Positions 26,401 through 38,004 of a stretch of DNA of 64,000 nt are shown here, piece after piece (position 1 is the stretch's first letter; every line of letters begins with the position of its first letter). The notes beneath the pieces were generated by a model. The model ran no database searches. It saw only the letters and a program-made list of their open reading frames with translations, and was not told the origin of the DNA. The position numbers and the translations under genes are program-made. This DNA comes from Octopus vulgaris. Taxonomy: Eukaryota. The stretch lies in assembly GCA_951406725.2 (NCBI GenBank), contig OX597836.1:50344001-50408000 (forward strand), given 5' to 3'.

Positions 26401-26403
<3 letters not shown>
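26025..26403 (+). mobile_element. non-autonomous Penelope-like/SINE-like element: tRNA-derived head, hammerhead and inverted terminal copy
   Basis: A box TGGCGTAGTGG (26211) and B box GAGTTCGATTC (26254); hammerhead at 26310-26357; 30-bp inverted repeat 26069-26098 / 26374-26403. Confidence 0.65.
26310..26357 (+). ncRNA. minimal type I hammerhead ribozyme motif (PLE type)
   Basis: gacac-CTGATGA-a-ggctg(gagggtatatat)cagcc-GAAA-CG-TT^-gtgtt; palindromic AACGTT stem III; extra A after A9. Confidence 0.65.
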
Positions 26404-26446
<43 letters not shown>

Positions 26447-26737
26447 ACCTCTTAGCTGTAATGTAATTGATGTGACATTGTTTCTCGTTAAATAATACCA
26501 TATTTGGTGGCATATAAGATGCATCTCCCCCCCCACCCCCGATTTCAAAACAATCCCCTTGGGCCCAATATGCCAAGCTGGTCTCTCCTCCCCCCACCTC
26601 TACCCAATGAGTTTTAATGCTTTACAAGCTGTTCTTCCTGACTCTCTGATAGGCGTGTGCGTCTTTGATGGCCATCAAATATGGTAATCAGTGAAATCTT
26701 GCTGATCATGTTGTCCTCTTTTCCCTGTTTTTGTCAG

Positions 26738-26868
26738 CTGCTGCAGAATATGTGTCTACCAACAATAAGCAATATGTCCAACATCACGGTCCCTCTCGTG
26801 AACATCACTTTTGATTTACTTAAACGCATTCAACAGGACACAAAGTTTCGAGAGGAACTGGAATCAAA
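26738..26868 (+). CDS. SSX2IP: SSX2IP homologue, coding exon 2
   Basis: ttgtcag|LLQNMCLPTISNMSNITVPLVNITFDLLKRIQQDTKFREELES(K)|gtaagt; phase 0 to 2. Confidence 0.88.
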
Positions 26869-27394
26869 GTAAGTAAACAATTGCTTTGGGCTGTTATTTA
26901 ACCCAAGGTCAGTGTTTCTCAAATGACCAGTGCAGATATCCACAGCTCCTCTCTTCCAGATATAATCATCCCTCTTCTAGCTGAGGATTACATTGTTTAT
27001 CATTTTGGGGGGCACTTCAGTAGCTTAGACGTTTTGTACATCACCCCCACCCCCCTGTAAGTTCTGGTGGTGACTAAGTGGGGTTGGGCATGGTTGGCTC
27101 ACACAGAACAAGAGTTGTTGTTCCTTTGTACTTGGCATTAGTGTTCTGTATGTCCCTAGCGCAGTCTTTGATCTTTGTCAGGTTACCTGATATCATTGCT
27201 GTGGCGCTCAGTTTTGTTCTTTATTATTTTTTGCCTAAACTTTTCTAACAGAATGTTGTTATCAGTCTGAATATGTTTGAGGCCTTATTCGAATTGGGCA
27301 ACGAGCTGCGTTTTATGATGGAGAATATACCTCACTTGTTGACAGTGTGTATACGCCTGGGTCAGCTCACAGCGCCACCTACCTAGACTGTGAG

Positions 27395-27660
27395 ATGTTA
27401 ACGTTTTGAAGTTATCGTCTCCTCATCAGTCACCATAAAGTGGCCGGCAGCGCTATGCGGTGGCTCACCATAAGTGAAATTGCAAATTGTCAAGAAGTGA
27501 GATATATTTTCTGTGACAAAACCCAGGGAGTCGCTTGTCACCCAGTTCGAATGAACATCAAGCATATTCAGGCTGATATCACTGCTTAGTGCTCCCTCCC
27601 TCTCCATAATTTTCTAATAGAGTTGTAATAGTGTTTGGGTGGAGAGACGGTTATTGCATT
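27395..27660 (-). mobile_element. decayed Penelope-like element 3' end with degenerate hammerhead
   Basis: Minus strand reads (R)KIMEREGALSSDISLNMLDVHSNW, resembling a GIY-YIG C-terminal R.+.E......LN......W, followed by CTGATGA-ggag acgataa cttc-AAAA-CGTT. Confidence 0.4.
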
Positions 27661-28622
27661 CTACAGTCAAGGAGTGTTTAGTTCCACCTATTTTGGTTCC
27701 ATAACCTCCTGTAATGACACTGTTTATAATCATCTATAGGGCACTGACAAGGATGGCACATATCTGCGTGTATGGGGTGGGGACACAATGCTGACCACTG
27801 ACCCCCCCCCAAAACATGAAGATGAAAGCCTTCTGAGTCCCTGTCTTCATCACTTTTATGGCTGTGAATCCTGGATATTGCAATGCATAGGAGGGCTGCC
27901 CTCAACGTTTTTCATTGTCACTGCTTGGGAGAGATCTTGACTGACCAGTGCTATAAACTCCTGGCTGTCTTGAGATAGAGGACGGAGAAAATGTGGGTGG
28001 TGGGGGTTGATGGTTGAAACTGGCAACAGACAGCATCCGCAATCTGTTCAGTTAGGATTCCAGTTTGTGTCTTTTTACTTTTCGGACAACTTTTGATGTA
28101 AAGCTGGTAAGCAAGCATTTCTTTTCCATGGACACAGAATAATTCTTTCTTTTATGGACGGCTTATTCATCACAGCTGTTTTGATAAGCAGAATTGTACT
28201 ACTTTGTTGTACCTGTTTGCAGCTTGGCTGACTGAGCTATTCAATGTCAAGTATCAAAGCTGTGAACTTACGAACCATTAACCTCTCTTCCTCTCTTCTC
28301 AGCCATGAAGGACATTCTGTAAGCAACTAAACATCTGTTAAGTTCAAGCTTAGCTTTACAAATGTATGATTAAAGGCATTCCAGCACTGACCATCACATC
28401 TTAGTTTAACACATTGAATATCTAGAACTATATTATTCGATGTCTTTTTTTTTTTAAAAAGACAGTATGATTTGAGAAAAATTTGACTGCTATTTCTAGC
28501 ATGTTGAGAGATCACATAAAGGCTCTTGCATCAATTTTCTTTTCATTTTTATTATTTAATTTTGTTTTCAGTTGTTACTGATTTGATTTTGTCCCAAATC
28601 ACCTTCTGCCCTTGATTTTCAG

Positions 28623-28791
28623 AACATCTCGTATAATCACCGACTACGAACGCTTACAAACCTCACAGATGCGACTCAAAGATGATATTGAAAAGCTAGA
28701 ACGGGAAATTGCAGTTCGACAAGGAAAAGAAAAAGAACTTTCTACCAAAAACCGTTCTCTCTGTTCTTCCATTAAAGCTGAGAAAGATGAA
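28623..28791 (+). CDS. SSX2IP: SSX2IP homologue, coding exon 3 (coiled coil)
   Basis: ttttcag|TSRIITDYERLQTSQMRLKDDIEKLEREI...KNRSLCSSIKAEKDE|gtaagc; resembles vertebrate SSX2IP KNRNLHQLLKNEKDE. Confidence 0.92.
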
Positions 28792-28929
28792 GTAAGCAAA
28801 ATGATGTGTTTTTAACAATATTTCACATCCATCACCTCTTTATCCAAATTGTTGACTGGATTGCATCCATCACCTGTTAGAAAAAAAAAGACTTTTTTTA
28901 TATAGATTCCATCTCTCTGTTTTCTTTAC

Positions 28930-29160
28930 CAATTATTCCTTGTAGAGTCTTGCTAGTAGAATCCTCAGGCACCTCCTCCATGGCATCCTATCAGAAGCAA
29001 CTATCATTAGACTTTCCATCTGGATTCCCAAGTGTGACCGAATAAAACTACGGATACTATCAACCCATTTCATTCTTGGTTGGTCCCTGAGTCTTCTGGT
29101 GGTTGGCTCAGTTTGAAGAATTTGTCTTGTAATTCTTTCTTGTAATATTCTCATCACATG
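28930..29160 (-). mobile_element. RTE LINE ORF C-terminal fragment
   Basis: RILQERITRQILQTEPTTRRLRDQPRMKWVDSI...ASDRMPWR matches R.RGRPR.RW.D.+ ... A.DR..WR. Confidence 0.7.
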
Positions 29161-29986
29161 CTAAGAAGTAGTGGCTCAACTAAGAAACTCAAGAATGTGA
29201 ATTTGTTGGTGAGGGCCATAATCAACCCAGAGAATAAAACCTGGTTTGGTTCCTACTGGTGTTTTGTCTTCAATTACTTTGACCTCCTTTTGCAACATTG
29301 GTCTGGTCTGAGCAGACTATCCAGCCATGACCGCAACTCTTATTCAAATTGTGTAACCAGGACAACATTTATGCCCTTCCTTTAGAGAGATTTGAGGGAG
29401 AAATTGCTGCCATTTCTTTTCTTGCAGGTTGAGCAATCCTTCCTGAGTTGATAAAATTATACCAACTGCAACATCATCATTTAACGTTCACTTTCCATGC
29501 TGGTATGGGTTGGACGATTTGACTGAGGACTGGCGAATGCGATGGCTGCACCAGGCTCCAGTCTTGATCTGGCAGAGTTTCTACAGCTGGATGCCCTTCC
29601 TAACGCCAACCACTCCGAAAGTGTAGTGGGTACTTTTATGTGTCACCGGCAGAAGGACCAGTCAGGCGGTACTGGCAATGGCCATGCTCAAATGTTTTTT
29701 ACGTACCCCCTAACAGGAGCCAGTCCAGCAGCACTGGCAATGACCTAATCCCAGATCCTCAGTCAGTCATATTATCTCTCTGAAATAATCCCACAAGGTA
29801 TTAACATTTCCCTGTCATGTCTCCAGTCCTCTTTTAAAGGACGTTGCTCCCATTCCTGCAATAATCTCAGTTATCCAGTGTTTGGTATTATCTCCAACCA
29901 ATAAATCCCCTTACAATGATCCCCGTTTATCTTCTGCTAATTGGTGCCTTCATACCTATTATCTGTTCTGTTCTTTTGCTCCCTAG

Positions 29987-30122
29987 GTGAAACGACTGAA
30001 CTCTACAATTAACCACAGGGAACTCCAGTACCGACATGACTCTAAGAAGAATGAACGAGAGATGAATCGGTTGAAGGAGAAGTTGAGTCAGGTTCTCATG
30101 GAGAAATCTCATAAAATACTTG
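29987..30122 (+). CDS. SSX2IP: SSX2IP homologue, coding exon 4
   Basis: ccctag|VKRLNSTINHRELQYRHDSKKNEREMNRLKEKLSQVLMEKSHKIL(G)|gtgagt; matches the ADIP QY.HD.K..ERE.N.LKE.L motif. Confidence 0.92.
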
Positions 30123-30804
30123 GTGAGTTTCCTTAAGTGACGTGTTGTTGTTGTTGTTGCTGTTGTTGTTTTAGTCCAGGTCAGCTGGGTGCTCTTCCTG
30201 CCACCAATCCTTTCCTGTTTCCAAGCAATGGACTATCTTCCCTATGCCTGAACATGTTTATACAGAAGATTGCAAACAAACACCTCCCCTCGTACATTAG
30301 GGGTGCTTGTTTACAATTAGTGCATAATGGCAAGACAAGGACACACATAATGGGCTTCTTTTCAGTTTCTATTAAACAGATTTACTCAAAGCTTTGGTTG
30401 ACCTGGGGCTATTGTAGAAAACACTTGCCTAAGGTACCAGACATTGTGATTGAACCCAAAACCATGTAGTTTTAAGACAAACTTCTAAACCACATAACCA
30501 CACTTAGACCTTTTAAAAATAATAATTTCTAATTTGAATGCAAGAAAGAATTTTTGCATAATTATCTTTTTAGTAATTAATGTTAAAATGTTTATTAATG
30601 ATGCAATGTCTTCACCACCTACAACGTTGAGTCATCACTCTCTCTCTCTCTCTTTCTCCCCCCCCTCTCTGTCTTTGGTGCTTAGTCAGTCCCTTGTCTG
30701 AAAGAATGGTTGGAACTGCTAAAATTTTGAAGGAAAGACCAAGCTGATTGACATTTGGTTTGAATATTTTTTTTCAAACTTTTTGAAGCTTGTTTCTGTT
30801 GTAG

Positions 30805-30871
30805 GTCCTGAGATTCTGAATGCCTTACCAAAAACTGACGGCAAAAGGGCCACATGGAAAACCAATTCCAA
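30805..30871 (+). CDS. SSX2IP: SSX2IP homologue, coding exon 5
   Basis: gttgtag|PEILNALPKTDGKRATWKTNS|gtaaga; matches ILN...DGKR..W.T; phase 1 to 2. Confidence 0.92.
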
Positions 30872-30994
30872 GTAAGATGAACCCTTTGTACATTTTTATT
30901 TTCTCACATTTTGTATTGGACCATTTTATAATCTCTGCTTGTTGTCTTTATTAAATATTTCTTTAACCATAATTTTTGTCTTTTATTCTTCCAG

Positions 30995-31151
30995 TCAAGT
31001 TGAAGAATTCTACAGCATGATGCTGAGAGATTATGAAAAGAAGCTGAAGAGCCTTCATGCAGAGAACCACGACTTGGAGAACTTCATAGAAAAGATTGTC
31101 CACACTTTAGAGTCTCTGGTTGATCAATTTAAATTCAAACTCAACTCTGTG
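30995..31151 (+). CDS. SSX2IP: SSX2IP homologue, coding exon 6
   Basis: ttccag|QVEEFYSMMLRDYEKKLKSLHAENHDLENFIEKIVHTLESLVDQFKFKLNSV|gttagt; phase 2 to 0. Confidence 0.9.
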
Positions 31152-32005
31152 GTTAGTTTCTTCATCTCACATTTTCATTAAATTTCACAATCGCCTCTCC
31201 AATATTCCAATGTTATGTCCTCTTTTATCTTTCACTGGTCTATGGCCATGCTGGAGCTCTCCTTTGAAGGGTTTTAGTTGAACAGATCAGCCCTGGTATT
31301 TATTCTGTTGGTTTCATTTGCTAAACTACTAAGTTATAGAGATGTAAACAAACCAACACTTGTTTAGTGGTGGAGGTGGGAACAAAGAACACACACCTAC
31401 TTAAGCAAAAGGCTTCCACACAGTTTAAAGTACATAAATTTAAACTGGTTTCACTCAAAGACTATATTCATTGTAATGTAATTGTGTAATGGCTTGCTAC
31501 TAGTCATCATTTAAGATATACACACACACGTTGTAAGGAATATCTTCTGTAAGAAGTGAAACCGGTTTGAAATTATGTACTTTGATGTATTATTGCAGTT
31601 ATGGACTTTGATGAGTTTAATGCATTTTGAAGTAATTTAACTGTAATACTGTACTTTTGGAATTAAATTACAGCAATATAAAAGGGAAAAACTCATTTAT
31701 TTATATAACAATAATCTTGAGCCACCAGTGTTGCCAGCTTCATATCTCCCCCTCCCCCATCTACCTCCTACTTTCAATGTTACCATAGTAACCATAACTT
31801 GAGTCAATGAGGAAGCCTCCATATGTTTATTTGACTTGCTAAAAATAGTAGCCAAGTTCCATCAAATCATATCCTACAGGATTAAAAAAAGGACACTGGG
31901 TTCTCTGCATGTAGAAAAGAAAATGGGATGGTCATGGCTGGAATGCCTCACTGCAACCACCACCACCAGCTGTATATTTGTATCACTGTTTTGTGTTCCT
32001 TTCAG

Positions 32006-32102
32006 ATGCATGTTGTAAATGAAGTGGATTATGAGAGTGATGCAGAAGAGGAGATGGAAGTGGCCGAAGGCAAGAGTTCTTACGACGCAAGTGAAAGTGG
32101 AT
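32006..32102 (+). CDS. SSX2IP: SSX2IP homologue, coding exon 7 (acidic linker)
   Basis: tttcag|MHVVNEVDYESDAEEEMEVAEGKSSYDASESG|gtaagt; phase 0 to 1. Confidence 0.82.
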
Positions 32103-33374
32103 GTAAGTAAAGAGATTGTCATTCAATTCCCAAAAGAACAAACAACTGGCACCAACGCCGTTAATGGTATTTTCATCTGTCGCTTCGCTCTCAGGTTGAC
32201 TTTGCCTTTCATCCTTTTGGGGGTCAATAAAATAGTACCAGCCAAATACTGGGGTTGATGTGGTCAATTGTCCCCACAAAAAGTCTGGCCTTGTGCCATC
32301 AGTAGAAATCATTTGGTAATCAGTGTGTGTGTGTGTGTGCATGTGTTCATTATTTATGCATGTGTGTGTTTGTGTGTGCCTTGGATATGTCTTTTTATCC
32401 TCTGTTTCAGTCATTGAACTTTGGCCATGCTGGGGCACCACTTTGAGTGGGTTTTAGTTGGGACACACAGCAGGGTTATTATTCCTGCAACGTTGACTTG
32501 GCCTATCCTCCTTTCTGGATCAATAAGATGTGTGCTGAGGTCAATCTAATCAACTGGCCCCCTCCCCTCAGATTTCGGGCCTTGTTCCAATATAGAAAGA
32601 ATTACTGTTATTAGAGCAGCCAACAAAATGCTTTGCCATATTTCTTCAGGCTTTTTTAATCTTTTGAGTTCAAATCTCACTGAGGTCAACTGTGCCTTTT
32701 ATCCCATCCAGGGTTTAAAGCAACAGTCAAAGAGTAACGTTGATTTAATCCACTGACCCTTTGCCCCCAACTAATGTCAAAAGCAGTTAAGATGGTGGTT
32801 GACAGAATCTTTGCCAAGGTTTACTTCCTACTTGAACCCTTCACTTCCTCTCAACCCTTGACCATCAAACACTTTTCCCCACACTATGCTGCCTTTTTTT
32901 TTTCTTCCTTCTCCCCAGTTTGATCCCTGCTGCTCTCCAGCTCTGCCTCAGTATCTCACCTCATATATTTCCTTGTGGAAAGACCTTCTTCTCTCATGTT
33001 TCGTTGGTTTTGAATTCGATGCTTCTGTAATTTTGAATTTTTTTAGGTCCAATGCAAACCCATTATTACCCTTAGGAAGAGGTGGTCCTTATTAGTCTAG
33101 CCTTTGACCTGTCCAGCATGAGAGGCCCAACCAGGATCTTGCACTCTGCTGGCATAGCTGTCAGGGTTATTGAGGCATACAAGCCACCACATCACAACAA
33201 GCATTGGACCATGTGATGGTATTTGTTCTGGTTCTTTACAAGTGTTGCTGAGATCAACTTTGTTCTTTATCCTTTCAGGATCAATAAAATAAGGTCCTAA
33301 TTGACCCAATTGGATCAGTTGACTTCCAACCATGCCTCCCTCCTTATGAGTATATGTTGTTATTTTTTTTACAG

Positions 33375-33473
33375 ATGAAACTTGTGCATCATTTACAAAG
33401 TGCCAAAAATTACTACAAAAGCTTAATCGATACTGTACGACCCTTCACAATTATCTGGAGAACAACATTCAAG
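33375..33473 (+). CDS. SSX2IP: SSX2IP homologue, coding exon 8
   Basis: ttttacag|(Y)ETCASFTKCQKLLQKLNRYCTTLHNYLENNIQ|gtaatt; symmetric phase 1, 99 nt. Confidence 0.78.
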
Positions 33474-34072
33474 GTAATTATTGTGTTGTGTTAATTAACT
33501 ATGGAAGACACAAAGGGTAACCACTTCCTGCCAATCTATGATAGAATTTCACCCCAACCCCAACAGCCAGCAGAACATTCAACATGAGTTAGTGGAACAT
33601 TGGTCAGTTAGGGGTTAATGTTGTGTAAAACAAGGTAGCAAATTATTAATTTTCGGTCCAGAAGAGTGGATTCGAAGAATTGTTAGAACATCAAGCAGGA
33701 TATTTGCAGCATGTCTTCTGTTTGTGTCCCAAGTTCAGTTCTACCTGGGTACAAATGACCAGAACTAATCCCCCAAACACTAGAGAGAATCCTGTCAAAT
33801 GTGCAATTGACTCAGATGAATGGGAGGACTCTGCAAATCACAGACAAGAGTCTGCGATGACATGCTGAAGCTTCATCTTGATCCAAAACAACTGAATGGA
33901 ATCTCACAGCTGGAAAGGAAAATGATTATAACAAAATGTGGAAGGTGGAAGTAAATTTTCTTCACAACCACCTAGTCTTGGTTTCAATCTTACTGCACAG
34001 CTCTTCTACTACAACTTTGTGCTGGCCAATTCCTTCAGTAAAATTTGGCAATCTCTCTCTCTCTCTTTCTCC

Positions 34073-34163
<91 letters not shown>

Positions 34164-34618
34164 CCCAATGGCTTATCTTTATAATGTGAAGGTGTGTGGC
34201 CTCGTGGTTAGGTGTGTTAGATTCTGTTTTTGGATTCCCAGACTGGTTGCATGTTATGTTCTTGAGCAAAACACTTCATTTTGTGCTGCTCCAGTCCACT
34301 CACCTGTGAATGGGTAACCCTGTGGTGGACTAGCATCCCATCCAGGGGCAATGTTGGCCTGCTCACCCAGCCAGTGCAAAGCCTATTGTGATGAGTCTGG
34401 TTGGTGGCAGGATTTATAATCTTTTGCCAATGACTGCTGCAGCTCTGTTGTTTTCCACGTCTCACAGTGATATCAGGGAACCTTTGTGTTTCAACAGATA
34501 TTTTATGGTATTTGTGACAAAGGAACTCCCATGCCGTTACCCACCTGCTACTGGAAAATCACTCAATGATTGACCTCTATGAAGCTTTTAATAACCTTAT
34601 TTTTCAATATTTGATCAG

Positions 34619-34737
34619 ATCCTGAGAAAGCAAGTGCTAAGAATTTAGATGTTGGACAGGAATCAGAAGTGGATTTACTCAAGACAAAACTTCAACAGTT
34701 TAAAGAATTGGTTGCTTTCCAAGAGGAAACCTTGCAG
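34619..34737 (+). CDS. SSX2IP: SSX2IP homologue, coding exon 9
   Basis: gatcag|(D)PEKASAKNLDVGQESEVDLLKTKLQQFKELVAFQEETLQ|gtgaga; phase 1 to 0. Confidence 0.85.
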
Positions 34738-35999
34738 GTGAGAATCTTCTGTGCTGCTGCAATTATTTGATGGTGAAAAAGATAAACAGGCATATTGGAG
34801 CATAGAATATTGAAGGCATTTCTGCATAAACCCCGCTTCCACCATTCCTTGTTCTTTGTCTTCTATCAAATATGGTTGGTTTATTTAAGATTGACAGAGA
34901 TAGAAACAATACAAGATTGGCAATGTTTTCTTTGCTCAGAAATCTTCATAACCATTTCATCAGATATCTGCTAAGACCTTAATCTTTGCCCCAGTTCAAT
35001 GAGAACTTAAAATGGTCTTAAAGTTAAGGGATGCTACAAAAAGATTTAACAGAAACCTTTTGACTATGATTTGAATTGCTTCTTCCTTCGTTTCTAGTTT
35101 TTGTTTTGGTTCACTTTTTTTTTATAAGAAATGCTGCAATCTGCATGGAGACTTTAGTGCTGCTGGCATGCAAAGAAAAAAAAACTCACCAAGTACACAC
35201 AACCCAGTAAAGTGGTTTGCATTAGGAAAGGCATCAAACCACAGAAACCATGCCAAAGCAGTGGAGCATGATGTCACCTTAAGAATGATTGGATCCTGCC
35301 AAATAATAATGAAGGATTATCTTCTGTCTTCCTCAGTCTGGCTGACCAACATTATACATGGACTTTTAAATTGTTTAAATATATAAAAACATGCTTTTAA
35401 TCAGGAGGGAGAGACTCATTAACTTTGACTAAATTCTGCTCAAAACTCCATTTTATCAAGTACAGTGTTCTTAATATTGTTGCCATCTTCATTTAAACTT
35501 TCAAGAGTTTGGATGAAGATGATGGCAGAGGATTCATCTTTGACCTTCTGCAAGAAAGAAGATGGTTCATTCTTCCAGATGCTAATGGCTATGAATCTGT
35601 CACCCATAGTAACAGAAATCCCACCTGACAAACGTCTTCATCCCCCTATTTTTGTTGATGGTGTCTTAAAATGATGCAGAAATTACATGTGATGTTTCTT
35701 AGCTCCATTTCGGTCAAACAAGGAAGCTATGACAAAGGCATTCTAGCCATGACCATCCCGTTCAATATTGTATATCAAAGTCTCTATTTTCCATTGTATC
35801 ATTTATTTTTGAGGTGATAGTTTGAGAGATATAGCTCCTATTTCTAGCGTGGTAAATGACAGTATAAAGGCCCCTTCATTAACTTGTTTTGTTTGTTGTT
35901 GAGTTAAAACATTTCTAAATGAGTCACTAAGTTTTTTTTTCTTGTTTTTTTTTCTTGTTTTTTTTTTTTTGTTCTCTTCTTTCTGATTTCCATTTATAG

Positions 36000-36176
36000 A
36001 AGTTTGCCAACAAAGCTCCATCTGAGAATTCTAGCAACTCGTTTCTTCATGAAACGCAATTAATCCAAGAATACGAGCAACTGGAAATCAAAAAGAAGCT
36101 CTTCTTGGAGGCAAAAGGAAACTTTGAGAAGGAAAGGTTGCAGCACATGAATGAAGCCATGCAATTAGCGGAAGAG
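36000..36176 (+). CDS. SSX2IP: SSX2IP homologue, coding exon 10
   Basis: tttatag|KFANKAPSENSSNSFLHETQLIQEYEQLEIKKKLFLEAKGNFEKERLQHMNEAMQLAEE|gtaggt; resembles SSX2IP LF.EQK.NFE.ER..F.EAA..L..E. Confidence 0.9.
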
Positions 36177-36748
36177 GTAGGTGGTGCCCAGGCTCTGAAG
36201 ATTTTGTGTTTAACGTCCACTTTTCCGTGCTTGCATGGGTCAGGAGGAATTAGTTGAGGAAAATTTGATGTCAGCCCTCTCCTATTTCCATGCAAAGTAA
36301 TATTTTCCCGTGGAAGACTGGAAACACAACAATATTTCTATGATGACACTCATTTACACCTAACACAATGTTAAGATGAGGAGACACCTGTGTGTGTGTG
36401 TGTGTGTGTGTGTACACAATGGGCTTTTAGTTTCCATCTCCCAAATCCACTCGCAAGGCTTTGATCATCCTGGGGCTCAAACAGAAGACACTTGGCCAAG
36501 GTGCTGTGTAATGGGATTGAACCTGAAACCACACAGTTGGGAAGCAAACTTTTCAAACCCACAGCCATGCTTGCCTCTTTCCCACTTCAAATGTGCGACA
36601 ATAGTTTTGCAGCATCCGTGGTGGTTACTGTGCTCCTCCCCTGACTGCAAGGGCAATATCAGGTTCCCTTTCTCTTCCACTTCACAACCTCTGTTGCCTT
36701 TTCTTTTCCATTTTCCTTGATTGTTTTTTCAAATTTATTTGTCAACAG

Positions 36749-36839
36749 AAAAAGCTTTTTAACCTGGAGAAATGTAACAAGATGAAACAACAGTTCCTGG
36801 AATTGGCTCCCAAGAAAAACCCTGCAGAATTACTCCCTG
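36749..36839 (+). CDS. SSX2IP: SSX2IP homologue, coding exon 11
   Basis: caacag|KKLFNLEKCNKMKQQFLELAPKKNPAELLP|gtgaga; contains the conserved KQQFL. Confidence 0.88.
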
Positions 36840-36887
36840 GTGAGAAATGAATTTCACTTGTTTTTAGTTCCAAAGTCTTCAGTTTAA

Positions 36888-37102
36888 CCCTTTTAGCATT
36901 TTAGATTTCTCTGCCAAATGTGATGTGACTGATTATTCCCATTGTTTTCAATTAATCCTGGATTATCTGATAGCTTTGAGATCTCAATGATGTGACTGTT
37001 TATTTTTAGAAGGACCTTGTAGGGTAGGCAAGAGAAGAAGCCAAGCCCAGACAATTTGAACATAAAATAGGGAAAGTATTTTGGCTTTTAAATGTTAAAG
37101 GG
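36888..37102. mobile_element. piggyBac-type MITE
   Basis: TTAA|CCCTTTTAGCATTT ... AAATGTTAAAGGG|TCAA: TTAA-type TSD (one copy mutated) and CCC/GGG termini. Confidence 0.65.
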
Positions 37103-37883
37103 TCAATGAAACTGGGAATTGCCCTGAATCTGCTGCTGATCCCTTTCTTTCCATAATCTGATATTTTACACAAAACAATCTTCAGATCAAATCACTTGCT
37201 ATGCAAGTACATCTCCATAAATCTTCAGTACATTTTATTAGTTAACAACAGCAGCAAGAACAAGAAGTGTTAAACTTCTTATATTTGCATTCATTATTTT
37301 GTCTCTTGTTTTTTTTTCCTGTTATACTGAAAATATGTTCACAGTTTATAAAAACATCTGGTATTTGGACAAGGTCCGCTAGAAACTGCAACCAAATCTC
37401 CTTCAAAACCATACTATACCCTGTTGAAAAAGGATACATAATGTAATTCTAGTAGACTGTTCTTATTGTTGTTTTAACATCTGTTATTCTATGCCGACAT
37501 GAATCGGATGGAATTTCTTGGCTGCCCTTCCTGGGGCCAACCTTCACCCATTTCCAGGCAGCATGAGATTTTTCCATGACCAGTCAGAGATTTTCACAGA
37601 AGACTGGAAACACCATTTGTATGGTGGTGACACAAGTCTTCCTTCAGTTTCCCTCTCCCAAAACTTTGATCTGGCACTATAGTAGAAGATACTTACCCAA
37701 GATATCACACAGGGATTGAACCCAAAATCATCTGATTGACAAGCAAACTTGTTAACCACCAAGACCTGTCTGTCTTTAAACTGAACAAAAAAGATGCTGA
37801 AATGCTTCCTTGATCATAGGTCTGCTCATTAGGTAGGCCTAGGGTTAAACAACAACTTTTTTGGTATTTTGTGTAAATTTCAG

Positions 37884-38004
37884 CCTTAAGTGATTTTCTT
37901 TCTGCTACAACCTCGAGTGAAGCCATGTCGGACTCTTACTCCACTCCGGATACGAAAACCGTCTTCAAGAATTCAACGTCTTGTAATGAACACCTGAAAT
38001 GCAA
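37884..38004 (+). CDS. SSX2IP: SSX2IP homologue, coding exon 12
   Basis: tttcag|(A)LSDFLSATTSSEAMSDSYSTPDTKTVFKNSTSCNEHLKC(K)|gtgagt; phase 1 to 2, which links exons 11 and 13 in frame. Confidence 0.78.

Noticed and set aside
27368-27386. CTCF-like motif (AGGTGGCGCTG on -)
   Set aside because: Only a partial match, inside a TE remnant, with no independent support.
37345-37373. Possible SSX2IP micro-exon (acag|tttataaaaacatctggtatttggacaag|gtccgc)
   Set aside because: Neither candidate donor preserves phase with exon 12, the donors are weak, and exons 11 and 12 already join in frame.
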